Made by a program: the position numbers and the translations under genes. Source: a virus (lineage: Duplodnaviria > Caudoviricetes). From it: a stretch of DNA of 64,000 nt. Shown here one piece after another: positions 37,925-46,804 of this stretch (positions are counted from its first letter, which is position 1; each line of letters opens with the position of its first letter). Location: IMG/VR virus record IMGVR_UViG_3300035208_008180. One strand, given 5' to 3'. The notes under the pieces were generated by a model. That model made no database searches and had not been told where the DNA came from. It was given only the letters and a program-made list of their open reading frames with translations.

Positions 37925-38087
37925 CTTTATTTCCCCATGCAGCTTTTGCAAATCTCGTCTTTAGTTTTTCGAGAACTTGGTGCAACCGCCCCAAATCCTC
38001 CGTGGTCCAGCCATCTTCGTCAACCAGACTCTCAATAGCATCCAATAATTCATCTTTAGAAATCAAGCATGTAAATCGTGCGTTCAT
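37899..38087 (-). CDS. hypothetical protein
   Basis: short ORF upstream of thyA. Confidence 0.45.
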   Translation of the reverse strand: MNARFTCLISKDELLDAIESLVDEDGWTTEDLGRLHQVLEKLKTRFAKAAWGNKDDIHPTGV

Positions 38088-38136
38088 AATAAAGCTATTT
38101 TATAACAAAACACAAATAAAGGCAATATATAAATTT

Positions 38137-38364
38137 ATGAAAACCTTTGCCCAATGGCTGGAGCATAATTACAACAACTCTGGCAATAAAATGGTACAGA
38201 AATTATGGAAATTCCAGGCAGAAAACCCGAACTCCTCATTTAGAGAATTCTGGCTGTTGCACGGCAATAACGACAAGAACGACCGTGAATTATGTCAGCA
38301 AGAATTCTATGGAATGAAAAACACACATGGGCAGCATGTTTCGGCAGCCGACTTGTTGAGGTAA
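38137..38364 (+). CDS. small hypothetical protein, tagged
   Basis: Starts MKTFAQWLE; ATATATA 5 nt upstream. Confidence 0.65.
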   Translation: MKTFAQWLEHNYNNSGNKMVQKLWKFQAENPNSSFREFWLLHGNNDKNDRELCQQEFYGMKNTHGQHVSAADLLR

Positions 38365-38365
38365 T

Positions 38366-39115
38366 ATGAATTTTAAATTGTGGATAGAGAATGACGAAGA
38401 ATACGATACCTTTGGCGATCCCAAAGAATGGCATATCGGACAACTAGGCATCCTTGACGAATTTGGGCTAAAAGATTTCGCCGTCATTCAAGTTATCCGA
38501 TTTGAAGATGTTCCACAGGCTGATCCTGAATATTATAAAATGAAAGACCGCAATACTGTCATCTCTCTCAATAAATTTGGTGGCTCAACCTACAAAAGAG
38601 GTGAAAGTGTTCCTGTTAAAATTATTCAAGCATTCGGAAGTATATCAAAAAGTCACAAAGTTCATTTCTATGTCGGTGCCCAAAACCTCTATCGCACCAT
38701 TGATGACCTTATAAAAAAAGAAATGAAAGTGCTTTACCCAGACCTACTTATACAATTTTGGAACTCTCCACAATATCGGGCACTTATTACTGAATTTCCA
38801 CAACTAAAAATAAAAAACCAATCCCCTCTGGATCAGATTCAATACCAAGTCTACGACATTCAGGGATATACAGTCTATGTGATACCAGAGCCCCGAGTTC
38901 TAAAAAGACAAGCAGAATATCGAGCGTCTGGATATCCCCACCCTTTGCACGCCTACTACTTTGCCATTCCTGAGTTGAAGACTAGATCGCAAGACGAAAA
39001 AACAAGCCAATGGCTAAGGACGCAAAAAATGGGTGAAAATGGCATGTTCACCAGCGAACGAGAAGCACTAACTGGGGCGGAAAAATATATTAACTATTTA
39101 TTTTATGGAGAATGA
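38366..39115 (+). CDS. hypothetical protein, tagged
   Basis: Starts MNFKLWIE; GAGG RBS. Confidence 0.7.
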   Translation: MNFKLWIENDEEYDTFGDPKEWHIGQLGILDEFGLKDFAVIQVIRFEDVPQADPEYYKMKDRNTVISLNKFGGSTYKRGESVPVKIIQAFGSISKSHKVHFYVGAQNLYRTIDDLIKKEMKVLYPDLLIQFWNSPQYRALITEFPQLKIKNQSPLDQIQYQVYDIQGYTVYVIPEPRVLKRQAEYRASGYPHPLHAYYFAIPELKTRSQDEKTSQWLRTQKMGENGMFTSEREALTGAEKYINYLFYGE

Positions 39116-39660
39116 ATTTCATTTCCCCAAGAAGTCCAACCCTCTCTACACACCCTCGCATACATATCTAACCTTGGGTCGGGCGAAAGCTTTTCCACTA
39201 ACTGATAGAACTCATCGGGCTTTTCGCTGTGTTTACCCCTGGGCCATTCGAAACAAGTCCCATCCGTCGCCTGAGCATGTCTGCCGCCTTGCCCAAATGG
39301 ATTGCCATGCCTCGATCCTACTCTGGCAACCAAAATATATTCTGTATTGCAACGAAACCTACCGACGCCCAACCCAGGCTTCTTCCATGTCCACAGAATT
39401 ATTGGCTGGGCTCCCCAAGTCTTTGCCACCTTATAGCCCCAATCCACATGCTGAGCAATGCACCAAATGTATAAATGGGCCTGTGTGGCTATCGGCGGCT
39501 TCATATAGCATATTTCTTCCAAGCTCATGGTTGGATAGAAATTTGTGGGATAAGCCTTGCTTTTTGCGTTCTTAAACCCACTATTCAATGTCGGTGTCCA
39601 CGGGGGATCAACTACAACAGTTTTGAATTCTGTGTCGAATTCTAATTCTCTATATACCAT
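39103..39660 (-). CDS. MT-A70 family adenine methyltransferase
   Basis: VVDPPW, YPTMS, W.K...G.G.FR.NTE, HSEKP, RLDMYAR...GW..WGNE. Confidence 0.9.
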   Translation of the reverse strand: MVYRELEFDTEFKTVVVDPPWTPTLNSGFKNAKSKAYPTNFYPTMSLEEICYMKPPIATQAHLYIWCIAQHVDWGYKVAKTWGAQPIILWTWKKPGLGVGRFRCNTEYILVARVGSRHGNPFGQGGRHAQATDGTCFEWPRGKHSEKPDEFYQLVEKLSPDPRLDMYARVCREGWTSWGNEIHSP

Positions 39661-40408
39661 TTAATCGCTCACAAGCAATATTAAAATATTTTTCTTCTTT
39701 TTCTATACCAATAAATTGACGACCAGTATCTGCACAAGCCACCAATGTGCTGCCAGAGCCTGCTGTGTTATCCAAAACTACCTCGAAATCCTTAGTGTAG
39801 GTGTAAATTAAATATTCCATTAATGCCACCGGCTTCTCTGTTGGATGATATTTACATTGCGACGAATGCTTAGGACAATATAATATACTTTTAGGGTATT
39901 TCATCCCACTTAAATCATCTTCCACTCTTTCTGAAATCAATCTGGTTTCCGAGACGTTCTTTTTTGATGCCCCTTGTTTGTGGTTAGGCTTACCCGGAAT
40001 TTTAATAGGATAATATGGTGATTTGCCTTTGCTGAAAACTACAATATTTTCATGTTGTTTTAAAGGCTGGTGCTTGGCGTTAGCAAAATTGGTGGGATTT
40101 TCTTTGTTCCAAATCCATTCGTATTTAAACCAATCCATGTTGCTCTGTATAAGTATAGTCGTAAAAGGTTGACTAGCTGTAAAGACAAAAGCACCATTAC
40201 CGATAATAATTCTCTTGTATTGTTCCCACAATTTATCTAAGGGAATGACCGAATCCCATTTGCAATAAGTCGTTCCGTAAGGAAGGTCGCAGATTACAGC
40301 ATGAACACTGTTATCTGGGATGAGCCGCATAACCTCTAAGCAATCCCCTAAAATCAAGGAATTCGGCTCTACCTTCCCTATGTCTTTGTAGTCCTTAATG
40401 AATTTCAT
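39650..40408 (-). CDS. DNA N4-C/N6-A methyltransferase (beta class)
   Basis: GDCLE, DLPYG, HPTEKPV, VLDNTAGSGST. Confidence 0.92.
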   Translation of the reverse strand: MKFIKDYKDIGKVEPNSLILGDCLEVMRLIPDNSVHAVICDLPYGTTYCKWDSVIPLDKLWEQYKRIIIGNGAFVFTASQPFTTILIQSNMDWFKYEWIWNKENPTNFANAKHQPLKQHENIVVFSKGKSPYYPIKIPGKPNHKQGASKKNVSETRLISERVEDDLSGMKYPKSILYCPKHSSQCKYHPTEKPVALMEYLIYTYTKDFEVVLDNTAGSGSTLVACADTGRQFIGIEKEEKYFNIACERLNGI

Positions 40409-40418
40409 TTTTTACACT

Positions 40419-40793
40419 TCACAACAATTCTTCTCTAACGGCATTCCACCCAGGGAACCCTCCCAGATTACGATCATCAATAACGCATTGACAATGTGGC
40501 TTCCTTTTTAATACGCCATAAGGACGAGGCTCATCCTCTGGCAAGGTCTCATTTATACCATCAAATTCTATTCCATTTCTACGACAAAATTCTATGGCTT
40601 GTGTAAGAAAATTGCCCTTAGGCTCATCTTCTCTGCAAGTCCATAAAACAAGCTTATATCCCGCTGCCTTTAAATCTTGCATTGTTTCAAAAGCACCGGG
40701 CAATGGCTTGCCAATATCTGGCCATGCGAACTCAACAATAGTGCCATCAAAATCTATAAACAGTGTATGATATACATTCATTGCTGCATCCAT
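40419..40793 (-). CDS. HAD-superfamily phosphatase
   Basis: DFDGT, WTCR, K, IDDRN. Confidence 0.8.
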   Translation of the reverse strand: MDAAMNVYHTLFIDFDGTIVEFAWPDIGKPLPGAFETMQDLKAAGYKLVLWTCREDEPKGNFLTQAIEFCRRNGIEFDGINETLPEDEPRPYGVLKRKPHCQCVIDDRNLGGFPGWNAVREELL

Positions 40794-40981
40794 AATTCTG
40801 TTGCTTTAGCACGTCGATCTGCTTTTAATTTATCTTTAGCATCACACTCATCGAAATGATCCTGAATCTCATCCACTTTTTTACCACAACGCAAACAAAC
40901 TCTTCTTTGTAGAAATTTGCCACAAGAAAGATGCGATTCTAAAATCTCCCAATCATGAAATCCAAAACTGCAAAGATTCAT
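40778..40981 (-). CDS. small Cys/His protein
   Basis: C..GFHDW...C.RCG. Confidence 0.55.
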   Translation of the reverse strand: MNLCSFGFHDWEILESHLSCGKFLQRRVCLRCGKKVDEIQDHFDECDAKDKLKADRRAKATELWMQQ

Positions 40982-42393
40982 ATTGCCTCCAAAAATGACT
41001 TATCAAATTCCTTGGGAATGCCAAAATAAAACCTTTGGCAGGTTTTCTTTAAGTTTTTATACCATGCCGAACGGGATATATGCAAGATGTATTCAAAAAC
41101 ATACTTGTAATCCAAGTCCGTATTGGCCCTCCACCACACCTTAAAATCATCCTGTAAATTATCTTCTACTCCATCTATGGGCACAGTACGATTCGCACCA
41201 GGGCTTGAATTACGATTTACATCAAACTCGCAGTACCCAAAGTAGTCGGTTGATCCCTTGTTGGGATTGCCAGGGAAGTAGAATGATGGGCAGGGGTCTC
41301 TGTTTAACTCATAAACAAATGACCCCTTTTTTAAGAATGGATGCCTGAAATACCATCGATTTTCATTGCGATGCTGGATAGGCTTATAATTATCAATATC
41401 ACTTATGACATCTAAACTAAACCCTGGTAGTGTCTTGATTTCCTTTACATAATTGGCCACCACTTTTCGCTTATCTGCCTTGCCCAGGGACACCAGATGC
41501 AAATGTCCCTCATAGGTCAAATAATCCAACATGCTCCATGTTTCTGGATTTGCTGTAAACAAAAGACAAAGCCTCTGTTGAAAATGTTCTAATGGCTCAT
41601 CTTTAATCGAGAGGAAAATGGACTCACATGGCACGCTTCCGAGGTTGGTCTTTTTAAATATTTTTTGAAAAGGGATGTAATCCAGTTCATGGTAGAAATC
41701 AGCCACTTTTGCGAGCTTGCCATTGTGAAAATAATACTCACCGGGCTCTGTTCCTACCTCAAAAGAAACATACACCAAGTCTCTATTCACACCAGGAAAT
41801 TCCTTGGGTAAATCCCAAACACTAATCAGCGTTGCGTATTGCTTCAAGAACTTCTTGAAAGAAAGATAAGCCTTAGAATTATTGTCGAATATGGCTTTGG
41901 GCAGTATGTAATGGATGTAGCCCTTTTTCCCAGTAAGCAAAATAAGGTCTACGGTATGCACTAAAAAAATTACCGACTCTTCCCGCATATTGGTGATGCC
42001 ATATTTCTTCATCAAATTCTTGACAAAGGGCTTGCGTTCAGAGAGCGAATAGGCTGGGGAACGGAATGGCGGGTTGCCAATAAAGGTTACGCTGGTGCCG
42101 TCATCCGTAGGTGGGTCAATAAAATCATAGAAATTACCTGTCATTATAAATTCTTTGCCATGATATTGTTTAACAATATCTGAGTCTATTTCTATGCCCA
42201 AAATATCAGCATCTGGAAATTTCTTCTTGATTTTATCAACAAACACACCTACACCGCAACTCGGTTCAATTATGTATTCTGTCTTGATTTCTGTGCGAGC
42301 CAAACAAAAATCAGCTATTGAATCAGGTGTTGGAAATTGACCTAAAAGAATTTCTTTACTTGAAATATCTTTGTTTATTGAAGAATTAGCCAT
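40978..42393 (-). CDS. N6-adenine DNA methyltransferase (gamma class) with long C-terminal region
   Basis: GQFPTP, IEPSCGVG, IEID, GNPPF. Confidence 0.8.
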   Translation of the reverse strand: MANSSINKDISSKEILLGQFPTPDSIADFCLARTEIKTEYIIEPSCGVGVFVDKIKKKFPDADILGIEIDSDIVKQYHGKEFIMTGNFYDFIDPPTDDGTSVTFIGNPPFRSPAYSLSERKPFVKNLMKKYGITNMREESVIFLVHTVDLILLTGKKGYIHYILPKAIFDNNSKAYLSFKKFLKQYATLISVWDLPKEFPGVNRDLVYVSFEVGTEPGEYYFHNGKLAKVADFYHELDYIPFQKIFKKTNLGSVPCESIFLSIKDEPLEHFQQRLCLLFTANPETWSMLDYLTYEGHLHLVSLGKADKRKVVANYVKEIKTLPGFSLDVISDIDNYKPIQHRNENRWYFRHPFLKKGSFVYELNRDPCPSFYFPGNPNKGSTDYFGYCEFDVNRNSSPGANRTVPIDGVEDNLQDDFKVWWRANTDLDYKYVFEYILHISRSAWYKNLKKTCQRFYFGIPKEFDKSFLEAI

Positions 42394-42395
42394 AA

Positions 42396-42430
42396 TAAAA
42401 CAGCCCTGTTAAACATTTCAACAAGGCTGT
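42396..42430 (-). terminator. intrinsic terminator-like hairpin
   Basis: ACAGCCTTGTTGAA/TTTAACAGGGCTGT stem followed by TTTATT. Confidence 0.65.
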
Positions 42431-42636
42431 CCCTAAGACGGGATAAGACGGGATAAGACGGGATAAGACGGTCACTGGGATTCGAACCCTTTAGCCCCAA
42501 TAGCAGACCGTTGTTTCCAAGATCATCGGCTTTTGCCAGTTGGTTCTCGGAACACCACTGAGTTTGTGGCTCAAGTTGGCCATTTAATAAATTTTAAAAC
42601 GTTAAATAAATATTGGGCTTTCGCCCTATTAGTATT
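42400..42636 (-). ncRNA. putative structured RNA with a tRNA-like T-arm
   Basis: Lies between a promoter and a terminator; GGGC-GAAA-GCCC hairpin, TTCCGAGA/TCTTGGAA stem, ACGGTC/GACCGT stem enclosing GGG-TTCGAAT-CCC. Confidence 0.5.
42434..42471. repeat. 10-bp tandem repeat, about 3.8 copies
   Basis: (TAAGACGGGA)x3 plus TAAGACGG. Confidence 0.95.
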
Positions 42637-42642
42637 AAATAT

Positions 42643-42671
42643 ATAATATCACATATAAATTACTTTGTCAA
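42643..42671 (-). promoter_or_regulatory. near-consensus sigma70-like promoter
   Basis: TTGACA-17-TATTAT with TGn extension. Confidence 0.75.
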
Positions 42672-42848
42672 CTTCTTTTTCTTTTTCTTTTTGAAAAAAT
42701 CATCTTCATCAGTGTTAAACATCTGCGGGAATTTTCTTTGTATCATTGGCAAAGAAGGTCTAGCAAAAACAGCTATGCAACTCGTGCCAGTTGCATTTTC
42801 TTTTATAATTTCTTTTTCAATCCAATTTTTAAAGTTTATAGAGAGCAT
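42660..42848 (-). CDS. small basic protein, tagged
   Basis: Starts MLSINFKNWIE; poly-Lys tail. Confidence 0.6.
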   Translation of the reverse strand: MLSINFKNWIEKEIIKENATGTSCIAVFARPSLPMIQRKFPQMFNTDEDDFFKKKKKKKLTK

Positions 42849-43248
42849 ATCCAGGGGCTACCTCCGAAGTAGTTATGTTTACCGCCTGGAAAAATTTCTT
42901 ACTTGTTTTGTTCCACGGACACACACGCAAATATCTGCCTCTCCGATTGGCTATCTCTCTAGCCTTCTGCATCAATCGACTGCCATAGCCCTTTCTGCGA
43001 TACTGCCGCTTCACATAAACATAAGTGCGAAGACACTTGCTGTTTTTAGATAGTCGGAAATCACACATCGCCCAACCCAAGAGATTATTGCCAGAGTACA
43101 GAGCGATGGCTAAATAATCACCCTTCCTGGGGTCTGATTCATTGGCAGCCGCATGCATGTAATCCTCTTTGTCGTCAGGCGTTGCATCACGCAAATACCT
43201 GCGGCTTGCTGGATTGATGCGAGCGTAATCTTTAATCAACCATCTCAT
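42829..43248 (-). CDS. GNAT acetyltransferase
   Basis: VYVKRQYRRKGYGSRLM motif A; N..S..FF. Confidence 0.85.
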   Translation of the reverse strand: MRWLIKDYARINPASRRYLRDATPDDKEDYMHAAANESDPRKGDYLAIALYSGNNLLGWAMCDFRLSKNSKCLRTYVYVKRQYRRKGYGSRLMQKAREIANRRGRYLRVCPWNKTSKKFFQAVNITTSEVAPGYALYKL

Positions 43249-43538
43249 CTTCCTAAAACCCTCATTTTTTGAGCAATATACCACTTTCCACCTTGTCCAG
43301 CAGGCCGTTTGAATTCATAATAATCCTTGAACTCAACCTTATACCACAGCCTGCCCTTCATGGAAAGATGGGGACAAGGGGCACAAGCGATGTGCCAACC
43401 AGGACGAAATGAATACCCCTTAGTTGGGTACTCTTTGGCATCTATCCACTGACCTATGGGAATAATGGCTTTTCTATTAATGAAAAGAGAGCCAAGAGTG
43501 CCATTCTTACGCATTCGAAATAATTTATAGCCAATCAT
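43245..43538 (-). CDS. hypothetical protein
   Basis: YKLFR...GSLFIN...RPGWH...PHLS. Confidence 0.6.
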   Translation of the reverse strand: MIGYKLFRMRKNGTLGSLFINRKAIIPIGQWIDAKEYPTKGYSFRPGWHIACAPCPHLSMKGRLWYKVEFKDYYEFKRPAGQGGKWYIAQKMRVLGR

Positions 43539-43574
43539 ATTGTTGTTGTAATATAATTAGCCATAAATGTCAAG

Positions 43575-44117
43575 CTATTGTATAGGGGTTGCTTGAGGGA
43601 TGCCGCCTGGACCGGGTAGACTTCCAGGTATTCCACCACCGGCACCAGGACCAGTTGCCTTATCTTGGAACATGACTTTTTTGAACCAGTCATAATCAAC
43701 ATACTGCGGTATTCGTTTAGTGGCTCGGGCACCTTGGGGAACAATTTTCCACTTCATTCCTTGCCTGCCTGTTAAATCTCGTAGTCCTTTAGTTCCCGCT
43801 TTTGTAGTGGGCAAGAAATCAATTTTCATTCCCTTAATTTCTTCTCCGTCATTATCAACAGCTTTTACGGTAAAAGCTCGCAAGTTAGAAAGATTTCCGC
43901 CAGAGGGACCGATCCATGATCCAACGAACGTCTGCCCTCTTAGATCGTTAGGCTCAATACCTAATTCATAAGCTAAATTATTCCAGTCGGGCATTGGTTG
44001 GCCTCCACCCGGCATTCCTCCCGGCATTCCTCCCATAGGCGGTGCTCCTTGCATCCCTCCCATTCCAGGTGGCGGGGGTGGTCCTTGTTCCATAAATTGT
44101 CGAAAAGATAATGTCAT
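43575..44117 (-). CDS. Pro/Gly/Met-rich protein, tagged
   Basis: Likely true start MTLSFRQFME at 44117; low-complexity termini. Confidence 0.7.
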   Translation of the reverse strand: MTLSFRQFMEQGPPPPPGMGGMQGAPPMGGMPGGMPGGGQPMPDWNNLAYELGIEPNDLRGQTFVGSWIGPSGGNLSNLRAFTVKAVDNDGEEIKGMKIDFLPTTKAGTKGLRDLTGRQGMKWKIVPQGARATKRIPQYVDYDWFKKVMFQDKATGPGAGGGIPGSLPGPGGIPQATPIQ

Positions 44118-44136
44118 TATAAAGATATATACCTCT
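44118..44136. promoter_or_regulatory. 19-bp divergent spacer with central TATATA box
   Basis: TATAAAGATATATACCTCT between two back-to-back ATGs of tagged genes. Confidence 0.55.
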
Positions 44137-44574
44137 ATGAACACAACATTTGAACATTTTGTCGAAGAAAAAGCCCAAAACAACAAAGAGCAAATAAAAG
44201 CTATGTTAGGCTCCAATGATTTTGTTTTCTTCTTTGAAAAAAACAAAGAAATTTTTGGTGCCCCCGAAGAGAGCCGACTTATGTTTGCCCGCATGAAAAA
44301 CCCAGACCCCGAAGATAATGACTGGGTTAAAGAAGCTAATTTCAGCGGATTAAACCTCAATAGAGCCCTAAAGGGAGAGAAAACAGAAAGTCTATTTTCC
44401 CATACTGATTTGACCAAAATCAAAATATTGGACCAAGAAGAAGCATATGATAAATTGTCCAGATTAACTTCGGATACAGATAAGATAAAAACCGTTCTTT
44501 CTGACGATGATAATCCGCACCCAGAAGCTCCTGATGCGGCTCCAGGCATCCAACAATTAAAAGACAAAAAATGA
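44137..44574 (+). CDS. hypothetical protein, tagged
   Basis: Starts MNTTFEHFVEE. Confidence 0.65.
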   Translation: MNTTFEHFVEEKAQNNKEQIKAMLGSNDFVFFFEKNKEIFGAPEESRLMFARMKNPDPEDNDWVKEANFSGLNLNRALKGEKTESLFSHTDLTKIKILDQEEAYDKLSRLTSDTDKIKTVLSDDDNPHPEAPDAAPGIQQLKDKK

Positions 44575-45377
44575 ACTTTAGGCTATTTTTAGAGCGAGAA
44601 GAGGGTGCTATAGAATGGGATACATATTATCCCAAGTGGACTCCACGACAACTTGGCGATAGGGGCATGATATCCGCATACGTTTCTAATAAACATATCA
44701 GCATTGACCAAAGCCCCTATCATCCGATGTTGAAAAAAGCCCTAAGGATATTGCTGCGACAAAAGCCACATTTAGCAAACAAGCCCTTGGATTTTGATGG
44801 TTGGTCACCAGGAACATTACAACAATTCTTATATAGCTCAGAACCTATTGCCCCTAAAGATACACTCCCACAATTTATGTATCACGGCACATCCCTCCAT
44901 CGCTGGGAACACATTAAAGAAGATGGCTTAAAACCCCTAATTGCGAGTGGTGGAGAATATGGGGCAGAGCCAATGAGTGCTCCACTTACCAACCCTAATA
45001 ATGTTTACTTATCTGCAACTTTTGGAGCAGCTACCAGATTGGCCGCTTACGACGCTTCCAAAAAAGGAACAGGCGATGTTCCTGTTGTGTTGAAAATTAA
45101 CACCAAACAACTTGATCCTCAAAAAATCAGACCTGATGAAGAGTCTCGTGCTACAACATGGCAAAAAAGTCTGCATGGCTTAAACACTATCGCCTACGAA
45201 GGCGAGATACCACCACAATCCATAGAACTCTATAAAGCTTGGAATCAACAAACGGATAAGTGGGAAAACCCAGGACAGTGGCTAGAGCCAACTGATTTTA
45301 TAGCTCAACAAATGCTTCACAGGACAGGATATAAAGACATTCCCAACAGCACCGGCAAATATAAGTGGGCTAAATAG
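44571..45377 (+). CDS. ADP-ribosyltransferase-fold protein (H-Y type, Tpt1/PARP-like), tagged
   Basis: MYHGTS...I...GL.P, VYLS, VVLKI, IPP..I; starts MNFRLFLE. Confidence 0.7.
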   Translation: MNFRLFLEREEGAIEWDTYYPKWTPRQLGDRGMISAYVSNKHISIDQSPYHPMLKKALRILLRQKPHLANKPLDFDGWSPGTLQQFLYSSEPIAPKDTLPQFMYHGTSLHRWEHIKEDGLKPLIASGGEYGAEPMSAPLTNPNNVYLSATFGAATRLAAYDASKKGTGDVPVVLKINTKQLDPQKIRPDEESRATTWQKSLHGLNTIAYEGEIPPQSIELYKAWNQQTDKWENPGQWLEPTDFIAQQMLHRTGYKDIPNSTGKYKWAK

Positions 45378-45543
45378 CAAAAAACGCTATCGGCCCCAAA
45401 GCCAAACAAAGTAAAAAACAAAATAAAAAAGAAACCCATTCTGTCAAACTCTTCGGCACACCACATTGCCAACTCACTCTACAAAATTGCATAAATCCAA
45501 GTAACATCCATATCAACAACACAATTAAAAGAAAATATGCCAT
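45370..45543 (-). CDS. small membrane protein (57 aa, not in ORF track)
   Basis: GGAGG RBS; MAYFLLIVLLIWMLLG..., two TM segments. Confidence 0.55.
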   Translation of the reverse strand: MAYFLLIVLLIWMLLGFMQFCRVSWQCGVPKSLTEWVSFLFCFLLCLALGPIAFFAI

Positions 45544-45572
45544 TTCGGCCTCCTTTTAATATATATATCAAT

Positions 45573-46229
45573 ATGACATTGCCATTTGAAAACAATAAAG
45601 ACGTAAGAAAGTACCAGTGTTTTGTCTGTGGAGTGCAGTTCTTAGAACTCAACGAAATGACAGAGCACATCAAAGAAAAACACCAAGAAGGCAGAGATTA
45701 TGTGCTTTGTCCTTTGCTCTATTGCAAATGTTGCGTTAGGGATTTAGTTCATCATTTTAAAGCACGTCACCCTTCTCAGCCCCTGCCCAAAAACAGACAA
45801 ATGAAAGCTATTGTATGGAAAGATTTTACCGCCCAAGGAACGGCAAAAAAGAAAAAACAAAGATTTAAAGAGGGTTGGTATGTTTCTACAAAAATGAATA
45901 AGCAATTTTATTTTAGAAGCGGTTGGGAAGAAACTGTATTCGAATGTCTGGACCAAATGAATGAAGTAGCCGCTTATGAAGCAGAGCCTTTTAAAGTTCC
46001 CTACATCTGGGAAGGCACTCAGCACGAATACAATCCCGACATTCTGGTGGTGTTTAATGATGGGCGTAAAGAGGTTTGGGAAATAAAACCATCAGATCAA
46101 ACCTCTTTACAACAAAATAAAAATAAATGGCATGCAGCTAATGAAATGTGTAAAGCTAGAGGATGGGAATTTATTGTAATGACAGAGAAGGGAATCAATC
46201 AATTAAAGAAAAGGGTTGGAAAGAAATGA
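45573..46229 (+). CDS. C2H2 zinc finger plus TnsA-N/T4 gp4-like PD-(D/E)xK endonuclease
   Basis: CFVC..F.....M..H...KH; RSGWE, Y.PD, WEIKP, K..AA...C...GW.F...TE. Confidence 0.8.
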   Translation: MTLPFENNKDVRKYQCFVCGVQFLELNEMTEHIKEKHQEGRDYVLCPLLYCKCCVRDLVHHFKARHPSQPLPKNRQMKAIVWKDFTAQGTAKKKKQRFKEGWYVSTKMNKQFYFRSGWEETVFECLDQMNEVAAYEAEPFKVPYIWEGTQHEYNPDILVVFNDGRKEVWEIKPSDQTSLQQNKNKWHAANEMCKARGWEFIVMTEKGINQLKKRVGKK

Positions 46230-46804
46230 CTTTTCGCATCTGGTTGGAACAGAATCGTCCACAAGTTGAGCCGAATTTTTCAATGCAAGTCTGGGATGCC
46301 TGCATTAAGCACGTTCCTGTTGGTACTACTATTTACCGAGGGTTTAGAATCCATAAAGATTTGCGAAAAATGACCATTCGACAAATTCTCTCACAATCTT
46401 TTAAAAGCAATGCAAAACCCTTCGATCCGTGGACTTTGGATTTTGCCGTAGCTCAAAGATTTGCTGCCGGGGCTCACAGCAATGCTGATGGAACATCAGG
46501 AAGAATGGAAGACACAGCCAGAGTAATTGTATCAGCTAAAATTGTCCAACATAGAAATGTAATAGATTTGAAACAATTTGGCGACAAAATAATGGGCCAC
46601 AACGTAAGCAAAGGCAGTGGCATTAACACCTATTGGCAACCTAGAATGATTGGCAAAGCAACAATCGATGATCGTGATGTGGAAAATGAAATACCCATTT
46701 TAAGAACCGCCTATGCTAACCCTCAACTATTTCCTTTAACTGGATATTGGACAGAAGAAAACGGACAATGGGTGCAAGGAAACAAACCAGCAGCCTTATC
46801 TTAA
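46226..46804 (+). CDS. ADP-ribosyltransferase-like protein (R-S-E type), tagged
   Basis: IYRG, PWT....A..FA, ENEI; starts MTFRIWLE. Confidence 0.55.
   Translation: MTFRIWLEQNRPQVEPNFSMQVWDACIKHVPVGTTIYRGFRIHKDLRKMTIRQILSQSFKSNAKPFDPWTLDFAVAQRFAAGAHSNADGTSGRMEDTARVIVSAKIVQHRNVIDLKQFGDKIMGHNVSKGSGINTYWQPRMIGKATIDDRDVENEIPILRTAYANPQLFPLTGYWTEENGQWVQGNKPAALS

Noticed and set aside
42434-42471. CRISPR array
   Set aside because: The repeats are 10 bp, contiguous and have no spacers; no cas genes are recognisable in the window.
42466-42545. Canonical tRNA gene
   Set aside because: A T-arm is present, but the enclosing stem spans only about 45 nt and no anticodon arm or cloverleaf can be drawn.
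44118-44567. N-terminal extension of ORF 43575..44567
   Set aside because: It is antisense to the 44137 gene; the tagged start at 44117 is more plausible.
45573-46229. Tn7-like transposon
   Set aside because: Only a TnsA-N-like domain is present, with no TnsB, TnsC or transposon ends.
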